Assembly (NCBI GenBank): GCA_965240325.2
Contig: OZ251237.1
Span: 310,001-374,000, forward strand
Source: Rebecca billardiae RCC1528
Taxonomy: Eukaryota > Protista > Haptophyta
Length of the DNA stretch: 64,000 nucleotides
Direction: 5' to 3'
The position numbers were made by a program, and so were the translations under genes. Of the stretch, positions 10,573 through 21,126 are shown one piece after another; position 1 is the first letter of the stretch, and each line of letters opens with the position of its first letter. Below the pieces are notes generated by a model. It saw only the letters and a program-made list of their open reading frames with translations. It ran no database searches and was not told where the DNA came from.

Positions 10573-10804
10573 CTCGCGAATACTTGCGTACCCCATACTG
10601 AACAGGGGCGTTCCCCGCACTGGTCATACGCCAAATCGAACCGCGTTCCTATTGAAATTGGCTTCCTCTATTTCAAGCGGGTACATTTGATTACGGCCCG
10701 CGCCAGTCCGGTAGCAATGCCCCCCCCAGGGGGGGGCATTGCTTTCGGGAGCGTGTGGCAGGATCCCGGGAACGCCCTTGACGGTAGTACATACAAGTAA
10801 CGAG
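10573..10804. ncRNA. Candidate structured non-coding RNA or fold-back element, family unidentified
   Basis: Six nested complementary segment pairs plus a perfect 15-bp-arm palindrome in an intergenic segment (see findings). Confidence 0.45.
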
Positions 10805-10959
10805 CACGGCGCTTTCAAGATGGCGGCCGGTCGGCCGGAGAAACGGGATCACATTGGAGGCACGCGGCTGCGTCGATCAGCCCCGGCGCGGCCCCGGCGC
10901 GGCATCGTCGGGGTCAGCTCCGCTGACTCGATGCCGAACCGATCAGGTGACACCCAGTC

Positions 10960-13900
10960 TCACCAGAACGGGCAGAAGCCGGCGTACATCTGCGCGAGGT
11001 TCTCGGTGCTCATCGCCTGCTGCACGAGCTTCTCCACCTGCTCGGAGACGGCGCGCGCGTCGCCGCCAAACTCGCTGCCGCTCAGCTTGTTGTTCACGCG
11101 CGTGATCACGCGCACCGCGCGCGAGTTGAGCGCCTCGGGGTCCGCGGCGCCCGCCGCGAGCGCCTGCGCCTCGAGCTCCTGCAGGTGGCGCCACTGGCCG
11201 CGCAGCGAGGACGGCCCTTCGTCCTCCGCCTCGCTCTCCGAGTGCGAGCTCGACGGGCTGGTCTCCTCGCCGCCGGCGTGCGCGAGCGAGCTCGCGCGGC
11301 GCGAGCGCGAGGAGTTGGTCGAGCGCAGCGCGCGCGCCGCGCCGTGGTCGAGCAGCCGCCACTTGATCAGCGGGTCGTGCACGAACGCCTCGAGCATCGC
11401 GAGCACGGACGACGCGTTCTGCCGGAGCACGCCCATCACCGCCTCGCACGTGAGCCGGTACGTACCCTCGATGCCGCACGCCTCCATCGCGTTGACGAGC
11501 ATGCGCGTGAGCCGGAACGGCACGCGCTCGGGCCACTTGGCGCGCGTCATCGCCACCTCGAAGCAGTCGCCAAAGTCGATGTGGATCACCTTGCCCGTCG
11601 TGCGGTGCACCATCATGTTGGACGGGTCTGCGCGCGGCGCGCGCGCGCGCGCGGCGCGGGCGTCTGAGCCGCGCGCTCGGCGAGCGCGCGGGCGGCGGCG
11701 CGGCGGCGGCGGCGGCTTCTCTCTCGCGCGCGCGCGCGCGCGGGCGCAGGCGCGCACGTCTGTCGCCGAGCCCGAGCACGTGTCCGACCATCGACATGAC
11801 GGCGAGCGAGCGCGTGTAGTTGGTGCGGCGCTGCAGCCACACCTCGGACGAGGGGCTGCGGCCGTGCATCACGCGGCTGAGGTCGAGCCCGCTCGTCGAG
11901 GCGAGCGCGTGCTCGAACACCTCCACCTTGTGCACGAGCGGCAGCAGCTCGTAGTCCGGCGCCATGTGCAGCATCAGCCGGTGCTCGATGTTGAGCAGAA
12001 TGTTGCGCGGCAGCCGGTACTCGCGCACGAGCGCGTGCAAAGTGTCGGAGCGCGGCACCCAGCGCAGCAGCCCCGAGTTTGTCGAGAGCGGCACGACGGC
12101 GTACCGCTCGATGAGGAAGGAGGCGTCGGACGTGCGCTCGGTCGCGGAGAGCAGGTTGTTCACCAGGTGCAGCAGCTGCGCGACGCGCTCGTCCTGCCGC
12201 AGGTCCTCCCGCCCCTTGAGCAGGAACGTGTGCGTGCGCCCGTCCGAGCCGAGCACCTCGAGCTTGCGCGGCCGCTGCTTAGTCGGCATCAGCTGCAGCG
12301 TGGGCGCAAAGGCGGCGATGGAGACGACGGGCTGGCCCGCGCGGTACGTGCCGGGCATGGCGAGCTCGAGGTCGCGCGCGGCGAGCAGCCGCGGCGACGC
12401 GTGCCGCAGGTCGACCGTCTTCGCCTCGGCGAGCTCCTTCCCGATCAGCTTGAGCGCGTGGTAGTAGCGCTCCCACGCGACGCGCAGCTCCGACTCGTTG
12501 CCCGTGCGCAGGTAGGCGTGCGTGCGCTCGCGCGCGGCGCGGAGGGTGGGCCCGTACGCGCGCTCGAACGCGGCCTCGCTCGCCGTGCTCGCGCCGCCGT
12601 CGAGCATCGCGTGCATCGGCTCGAGGATCGAGAGCATGTGCTCGACGTCGCGCGCCTCGCCAAAGTACGCCCGGTACCCGTCTTCGAGCGCGTCGTGCCA
12701 CTGCTCCGCCCAGAGTATCGCAACGCGCACGAGCTCGTCCGCGACGAGGAGCGCCTCGCCGACGAGCGAGTCGGAGCCGGCGCGCATCTGCGCGAGCACG
12801 CGCTGCGCCTGCACGCGCCGCGCGGAGAGCGGCTGGTGCGCCGCGAGCAGCCCGCGCTCGTGCGCGCTCACCGCCAGCGGGTAGATGAGCGCCTGCGGGT
12901 GCGCCGCGCCCACGCGCAGCAGCAGCTCGTGCACGAGGCCCGCGACGCGCGCGTTGGGCGAGGCGATGCGCGCGATCAGCTGCGGGATGACGAGGAGCCA
13001 CAGCTCGATGTCCACGGTCGCGAAGCCGTCGCGCAGCACCGCCTCCACGCGCGGGTGCCCGCCGTGCCGGAACCACAGCGTGAGCAGCCGCAGCAGGTCC
13101 TGCAGCGCGCGCTCGCGGCCGAGCGCGATCGAGCGGTAGAAGCCGACGAGCGCGGACGTGACGCGCGCGAGCAGCGCGGCGTGCGCGGCGGGCGGCGCGG
13201 CGTCGGGCGCGCCGAGCGGCGCGCCGAGCGCGCCAAGCGCGCCGAGCTGCGCGTCGAGCCGCTGCGCCAGGTCAAAGTTCGCCAGCGCCCACGCGTGCCA
13301 CGCCTTGTACTCCGCCGGCCCCGCCGCGGTCGCGCGCTCGTAGCACGAGAGCGTCGCCTGCGCGACATCGTCGGCCGAGGCGCCGGGCTCGGGAGCGGCC
13401 TCGTGCCACCGGCCGAGCTTGAGGTAGCAGCGCAGGCGGAGCCGCCCGTCCATCGCCGCCTCGCGCTCGGCGAGCAGCCGCACCACCAGCGCCTTCGCCT
13501 CCTGCTGCCGCTCGCTCGCCCACAGGTACTTGGCGACGCCGTACGCGACGAGCGGCTCGGTCGGCATCTGGCGCACGGCGTACGCGCTCTCGGTGAGCTC
13601 GCCGTCGAGCATCTGCCCGAGCGTGCGCGCGCACAGCCGCATGCGGCCGTGCTTGCGGCAGAGCGAGGCGAACTTGACGCGCGTGGGCGCGTGCTCGTCC
13701 GGCGGCACCACCATCGACTGCACGGCGATCAGCGCCTGCCACACGCCCACGGTCGGCTTGCAGCCGCGCAGCCGCGCGCTCCACACCTCGCGCTGCACGC
13801 CGAGCGCCTCCGCCGCCTGCGCGCGCGTCTCGGCCGGGTCGGCCGCGCCGTCCGCGTCGAAGCCGGCGGCGGCGGAGGCGGCGCCGCCGAGCAGCGCGGC

Positions 13901-16169
13901 GCCGCCGGCTGGCGCCGCCGCCGCGCGCGCGCCGCCGCCGCCGCCGCCGCCGCCCGCCGCGAGCGCGGCCGCCATCCGCTCCTGCGCCGCGCGGTAGTCG
14001 AGCACCTCCTCGAGCTCCGCGAGCTGCTGCACGGACACGAGCGCGGTGTACGCGCGGTCGTACCCTTCGGCGAGCGTCGTGCGCAGCTCCGAGTCGAGCA
14101 GCGCGCGCGCCTCGCCGATCCACCGCCGCGCGCCGTACCAGTCGGCCGCGTGCACCGCGAGCAGCGCGCGGCAGAACACGCCGTGCGGCGTCTCGGCGGG
14201 CAGGTGGTGCACCGTGCGCCGCATCGCGCTCCAGTCCGGCAGCTGCCACTGCGCGTGCGCGACGAGCGGCGCGAGCTGCGCGCGCCCGTCCGCGTCGAGG
14301 TCGTCCCAGAGCTCGTCGGCCAGCCGCGCGAGCGCGGACCACTCGGAGAGCGCGTACATGCAGCGCGCGCGCCCAAACTGCCACGGCAGCGCGGCGCGCA
14401 CGCCCTCGTCCGCCGCGGTGCGCGCCGCCTTGGCCTCGTACAGCGCGAGCGCCTCGTCCCACTTCTCGAGCGCCTCGAGCCAGCGCTCCTTCACGGAGAT
14501 CTGCTGCGCGTGCGCGTAGCGCAGCAGCCCCTGCGCGGCGTCGAGGTGGCCGAGCGCCATGTTCACCGAGAGCAGCGAGTCGATCAGCGCCTCGCCGTCG
14601 CCGCCGCCCGCCGCGCGCCCCGCCCAAAACTCCGCCTCGCGGTAGTGCAGCGCCTTGGAGTAGGCGTGGCACCGCTGCGCGACCGCGGCGAGCGTCGGCG
14701 TCGCGATGGGCAGAGGCGCCTCGTGCGCCTCCATGAACTCGGAGAGCGAGAGCAGGATCTGCGCCACCTCGAGCGGCGCGGACGGCGCGGTGAGCGCCGA
14801 GTGCAGCGACGCCGCGACCGCCGCCTTGGCGCCCTCGGCGAGCGCCGACCAGCACGAGAGGAACGCGCCGCCGAGCAGCCGGCTGCCGAGTGGCTCGTGC
14901 GCGGCGGCGATCGTCGCGCACGCGCGCAGCGCGACCGAGGGCGACTCGCGCAGCAGCCCGACCGAGAGCCGGCGCGCCCACTCGAGCCAGTCGTCGCGCG
15001 TCGAGTTGTGCCCGACCTCGCACAGCTTGAGCACCTGCAGCGCGTCCACCGCCATCGTCTGCAGCGCGGACGCGCCCGCGCCGCCGCCCGCGGCGGACGC
15101 GGACGCCGCGCCGCCGCCGCCGCCGCCGCCGCCGTCCGCTCCGTCGCGCTCGGCGGCGAGCGACGCGGACGAGAGGTGCGAGCGGCTGCGCCCGGGCTCG
15201 AACGGGCCGGCGTCGTCCGCGTCGAGCAGCAGCGCCGAGCCCTGCTGCGCGTGCGCGCCGCTCGCCGCGCGCAGCGCCGCCGCCAGGTCGGGCAGCTCGG
15301 CGGCGAGCGCGTTGCAGTGCTCCGGCTGGGCCTCGGCGATCGCCGAGAGGCGCGCGAACGGCTCGTGCCGCACGCGCAGCTCGAGCGCGAGCGCGCGCAC
15401 GCGCGGCGCGAACGCCACCCACTGCGCGCCCAGCTCGCACGCGAGCACGCAGAACACGTCAAACGCCTCGAAGCCAAAGAGCACGCCGCCACCGCCGGCG
15501 GTGCCGCCGGCGGCGCTGACGAGCGCCGCGGCGCCGCGGCCGAGGCTCGGCCGCGGCGGCGTGGGCGGCAGCGCCGGCTGCGCGCGCAGGAAGGCTGAGA
15601 CGCGGTGCACGACCGACGCGGCGCTCTCGCGCAGCCCGGCGGTCGCGCCAAAGCAGCCGAGCGCTCGCAGCACGAGGCCCGGGCTCACGCCGAGCTGCGG
15701 CGCGCGCTCGAGCATGTGCAGCATCTCATCGACAACAACGGGCACGAACGTCGCGGGCTGCACGTACGGCGCAGAGATTACGAGCACGCGCAGCGCGGCG
15801 TGCGCGAGCGCCGTCGAGCCCGAGTGCGAGCCGCTGATCCGGCCGCCGCTCGCGCGGCCGCCGCCGCCGCCGCCGCCCGGCTGGTGGTGGTGATGGTGGT
15901 GGTGATGGTGTTGGTGGTGGTGGGAGCTCGACTCGGGCGAGTGCACGGCGAAATCGGCCGCCGAGCCGTGCCGGCTGCCCGGCGCGCCGAGCGGCTCGAA
16001 GCCGCCGCCGTGCGGCTCTCCGCGCCGGCGGCGCGTCGGCGTCTGCGGGCGCGAGGAGTCCGGGGGGCCCGGCGCGGGCGGCGGCGCGGCCGCGACGCGC
16101 GCGTCCGCGCCGCCCTCGGCCGCGGCGGCGGCGTCCGCGCCGTCGGCCGCGGCGGCGTTCGCGCCGTTC

Positions 16170-16248
<79 letters not shown>

Positions 16249-16939
16249 GGCAGAAGCGCAGCACGTGCGGCAAGATGTCCCCCATCGCCGCGCTCACGCC
16301 GTCGCCGAGCGCGCGCACGAGCTGCTCCGCGAGGGCGAGCAGGTGCGTCGGCGCGTGCGGCTCGTCGGCGTGCGCGCCGATGAGAGCAATCAGTTGAGGC
16401 GCGTATGGGCGGCAGTGCCCGCTCATCGTGCGCACGAGCATTGGCATCTCGTGCAGCACCGCCGCGCGCAGCGCGCGCGAGCCCGCGCCGCGCTCGGCCG
16501 CGTGCGAGCGGAGCAGCCCGAGCAGCAGCGGCAGCACGCGCGGCACGAAGGGCGCGCACAGCGTCGAGAGGCCGTTCACGATGCCGCAGAGCGCGGTCAC
16601 GACGCGCACGTGGTGCCGCGCGAGCCCAGGGTCGGCGAGCACGCCGGTGAGCACGTCGAGCGCGTGCGCCACAAGCGAGAAGGGCGAGAGCGCCTGCCGA
16701 GACGCGTCCGCCCATTGCACGGCGTGCGCGCCGCCGCCGCCGCCGCCCGCCGCGCCCTCGTCCTCGCCCTCCTCCGCGTCGATGAGCGCGGTCGCCGCCG
16801 CGCCCGCGCCCGCGCCGCCGCCGCCGCGCCCGCCGTCGGCGGCGCGCAGGCCGAGCAAAGCCCACGAGTCGCCCGCCTCGCCGCCGCCGCGGCCGCCGCC
16901 GCGGCCGCCGCCGCGGCCGCCGCTGCCGCCGCCGCTGCC

Positions 16940-16973
<34 letters not shown>

Positions 16974-18379
16974 CCGCCATCGCCATCGCCGCGCTGCCGC
17001 GGCGGCGCGCGCGCGCCGTGCTCGCGCGCGATCGCCGCGGCATGCGCCGGCTGCAGCGCGCCGAGCAGCCCGAGCACGTGCAGCAGCTGCGGCCGGAGCG
17101 CGCGGTCGTGCTCGGTGCGCACGGCGCGCAGCAGCGCCGGGAGCAGCGGCGGGCAGCGCATGGCGAGGTGCGGCGTGGGCGCGGGCACGAGCCGGCCCGA
17201 CGGGTCGGGCTGCCTCGGCGCGATCACGCACACGCGCATCAGCTGCGTGAGCGTCTGCAGCGCCGCGCGCCGCTTGGGCAGCGCCGAGGCAGGGCGAAGC
17301 GCCTCCACAGCCACGCTCAGGTGCACGTCCGCCTCCGCCGCGAGCAGAGCGCCGCACGTGCGCAGCAGCTCGGCGAGCGCCTCGAGCGCGGCCGAGGCGA
17401 CCGCCGTGCGCGGCGCGCCGCCGAGCACGTGCGCCAGCGCGGCGTGGATGCGCCGCGCGTACATGGCCGCGAGCCGCGGCGCAGCGCGCACGAGCGCGGC
17501 CGTCGTCGCGAGCGCCGCCAGCAGCTCGGGCCGCGCGGCGCCGCCCGGCGCGTGCGTCAGGAGCACGTCGAGCGTGCTCGCCAGCAGCCGGCGCAGCTGC
17601 GGCAGCACCACCGCGGGGTTGACGTGCGCGATGCGGCCGAGCAGCCCGACCGCCGCGACGCGTGTCGACACGTCCTCGTCGCGCAGCGCCAGCAGCAGCG
17701 GCCGCGCGCACTGCGGGTGCGCCAAATGCTCCGCGTACCGCCCGTCGAGCGCGCGGAGCGTGCACGCGCGGATCTCGGCGTCAGTGTCGCCCACGGCGAG
17801 GGCGATGAGCAGCGCGAGCGAGGCGGAGACCTGCGCGCCGCGCGCGCCGCGCACGGGCGCGGGCGCGGCGTGCGGCGCGAGTAGCACGCAGCACGCCCGC
17901 GCCGCGTGCAGCCGCACCTCGCGCTCGGCGTCGTGCAGCAGGGGCAACACATGCCGCCGCACGAACGCGAGCACCAGGGCGTGGTCGTTCGTCTGGCCGA
18001 GCCGCGGCTGGAGCGCGGGCAGCGTGCTCAGCGCGAGTGAGACGAGGGCGGGGTCGGCACACGCGGTGCGCCGCACGCAGAACGCGCGCATGGCCTGCGC
18101 GCACGCGCCCGCCTCCGCGCCCGCGCACACCCGCGCGCCCGCGCACGGCGCGCAGTGCGCCGAGCCCGCGTCGGGCTGGTGCGCGCCGCCCGCGCATCCG
18201 CCGCCCGCGCCGAGCGGCTCCGCGGGCGCGGCGTGCGGCGGCGCGGGCGCGCCCGGCGTGCCGGGCGGAGCGAGCGCGCGCGGCGAGCCGAGCGTTGGCG
18301 TGGGCCCGCACGAGCCCACCAGGCTGAGCGGCGCGGGCCGCTCGCGAGCGCTCGCGAGTGACGCCTTGGCCGAACCAAA

Positions 18380-18423
<44 letters not shown>

Positions 18424-19040
18424 GCGCGGGCGTCGGCGGCAGCGAGCACTGCTCGTGCTCGGCGCGGCCGCCGCCAGCGGCACTCGCCGCCGCGCCGTCC
18501 GCCGCCGCCGCCGCCGCCGCCGCGCCGTTCGCACCGCCACCGCCAAGCCCGCGCCGGAAGCCGCCGCCGATGAGCGCGCGCAACGGCGTGAGCAGCAGCA
18601 GCTGGGTGAGCGGCGACGGCGGCGGCGCGCGGACGACCGCCGCGCCGGCGCGCGGCGCGGTGCACAGCATGGCGGCCAGCCGTGCGCGCGCGAGCATCTG
18701 CGGCGCTGGGAGCTGCAGGTGCGACGGCGGCTGCTCGAGCGGCGCGCCCGCCGCCTCGAACAGCGCGAGCGAGAGCGAGGACACCGACGACGACGCATCG
18801 GAGAGGCGCATCGCCGCGCCGCAGCCCAGCGCCGCAGCGTCCGCCGCGTCCGCCGCGCCGCCTCCGTGCGGCAGCTGCGCCGCCCGGCCCGGCAGCGCTG
18901 GGCCGTCGGGCGCGAGGAGGGAGGCCGCGGGCCCGCCGCTCTCGACCGGCACGGCGACGGCGATCGGCGGCGGCGGCGGCGCGACGGCTGCGTGGCTGAG
19001 CAGCACGCCGCCGCTGCCGTCGGGCGCGCCCGCCTCGAAT

Positions 19041-19073
<33 letters not shown>

Positions 19074-20995
19074 ACGCCGCCGCCAACGCCGCCGCCGCCT
19101 CCGCCGCTGCCGCCAACGCCCGTCTGCAACGAGGGCGCGCGCCACGCGAGCGCGAGCACGCGGCCGCTCTGCCCGCCCGCGCCCGCGCCGCCGGCCGGCA
19201 GGTCCTCCGGCTCGAGCGCGGGCCACGGCGCGCCCGCAAGCGCCTGGGAGACGTGCTGCAGCAGCGAGTGGTGCACCGCGGGCGCGATGGACGGCGTGTG
19301 CCGAGTGAGGAGCGCGAGCGCTGCCGTGAGCTCGGCGGAGAGGCCCATCGCGAACATGGGCTCGAGGAGGGCGGCGGCGTGCGGCTGCAGCTTCTCGCCC
19401 AGCGCCTTGGCGAGCGTGCCCACGCAGCGCAGCGCCTCGGCCGTCAGCTCGGCCGCGTGCTGCTGCTGCGCGCGCGCGCCATCGAGCGCGGCCGCGCCCG
19501 CCGCGCCGCCGGCCGCGGCCGCGCCGCCGGCCGCGCTGTGCGCCACGCCGCCAAAGCCCGCTCTGGACGCGCTGCGCGGCGTGTGCCGCGCGTCGCGCAG
19601 CTCGCCCGCGGAGCCGCAGCACGCCGCGCTCAGCGCCGCGCCCGTGAGCGGCGTGCCGAGCGCGCCGCCGCCCGAGAGCGCGCCCAGCGACGCGCTCGAC
19701 GCCGCGCGCGACGGCACGCGCGAGGGCGTGCGGCACATCGAGCCGTGCCGGCCGGAGGCGCCGTCGGCGAGCGAGGCGGGCGTGCGCGGCACGCCGGCTA
19801 GCAGCGCCTCGCGCAGCAGCGGCGCGAGCCGCGGCAGGGACGGCACGAGCGCCGTGCGCACGTGGCCCGCGAGCGAGCCCAGCGACGCGAGCGCGGCCAC
19901 GTGGGCGGCGCGCGCCGTCGGGTTGAAGAGCAGCGCGATGATGTGCTCGACGGCGCGGCCGAGGTGGCGCGCGGCGAACTCGGAGGCGTGCACGGCGGCG
20001 AGGCGCGGGAGCAGCCGCAGCACCGCGAGGCGCACGTGCTCGTCCGCGTGCGCCGAGAACGTGAGGCAGAGCGAGCTCATCTCCGCGTGCGCCGCCGCGT
20101 GGAACGCGGGCGCGGGCTGGCTCGCGAGCTCGAGCAGAATCAGCAGGCCGCCGTGCACCGCGGAGGCGGAGCCGCGCGCGAAGGCCGCCTTGGCCTCGCC
20201 GAGCAGGTAGTGGTGGCACCGCGCCTGGAATGCCGCGTCGCGCGGCTGCAGCAGCCGCAGGCACTCGCGCAGGCACCCCGCCGCGGCCTCGCGCACGTGC
20301 GCACGCCCGTCGCGCAGCGCCACGCCGAGCAGGTCGAGCGCAGACGAGACGTGCGCGTAGAAGAGGGTGGGCGCGTTGCGGGCGAGCTCGCCGAGCACGA
20401 GCGCGGCGGCGAGGACGGGCTGCTCGGCGCGCGCGCCGTACAGCTCGGGATCGTCGTCCTCCTCGGCGGTGACGCTGCTACCGCCGCCGGTCCCGCTCCC
20501 GCCGTACGCGACGAGCGCGCCGCTGTGGCTCAGGTGGGCGAGCGCGTTGCGAGCCTCAAAATCGACGTAGTCCGCGCCCGCGCCGGACGCGCCGCCGGTG
20601 CGCGCGAGGTGGCCGAGCGCCGCGGCCGCGCGCACGAGCACCGCGCGCTCGACCACGCCGAGCGGCGCGCCGTCGCCGTGCCACAGCACCTGCCGCAGCA
20701 GCGTGCCGTACCGCGTCGCCTGCGCCGTGTAGTCCTCGAGCTCGACGTCGACGAGCTCGTCGATCAGCACGACGGCGGCGAGGCGCTCGACTGGCGCGTT
20801 TTGGCTCACCAGGTCGTGCATCGACCGGTGCAGCTCCGCGTTGAACGCGTTCATCGCCGAGGGCTCGAGTGTCGAGGTGCTGCCCTCGACGTACTCGCGC
20901 ACGTCGCCCGCGACCGTGCGCGCCATCGCCTCAGCGTCCGCGACGCTCGCATCCTCGTCGAGTGTGCGCAGCGGGCGGAGCAGCAGGTCGGCCAT
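10960..20995 (-). CDS. TOR: Target of rapamycin kinase; exons 20995-11758 and 11627-10960 (further in-frame introns possible)
   Basis: HEAT region, FAT (AYSKALHYRE, LQDLLRLLTLWF), FRB (RVAILWAEQWHDALE), kinase (TKQRPRKL, FLLKGREDLRQDER, spliced GLGDRHPSN, HIDFGDCFEVAM, PERVPFRLTRML) and FATC ending YAGFCPFW. Confidence 0.97.
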
Positions 20996-21126
20996 CGGCT
21001 CACGGTTCCGGCATTGACGATGCCGATCCTGGATTCGGCGTCCGGCGTGCAAGAGCCCGGTGCCTGCGCACTCTCCAGCCGTCCAGCGTGCCGGTGAACG
21101 GAAGTACTGGGAGCAGCATTTGAATC

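Noticed and set aside
10580-10592. ATACTTGCGTACC resembles the U1 5' end and is complementary to the G|GTRCGC donor consensus
   Set aside because: No U1-70K loop (GATCA), U1A loop (ATTGCAC) or U1-like cloverleaf follows, and the segment is tied up in the long stem. Not called U1, but worth including in the Infernal test.
10816-10827. CAAGATGGCGGC (YY1-like motif)
   Set aside because: Single occurrence with no supported gene starting there. The ORF it lies in is the antisense shadow of TOR.
10562-10854. SRP, RNase P/MRP, U3, telomerase RNA or riboswitch identity for the structured element
   Set aside because: Only partial word matches (GAGCGTG, GGGCTGA, TGGCAGGATC). No complete motif set and no CCCTAA template.
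10943-11757. Apparent frameshifted or aberrant TOR C-terminus in the ORF track
   Set aside because: Explained by a normal intron at 11757-11628 that restores DRHPSN and the FATC end.
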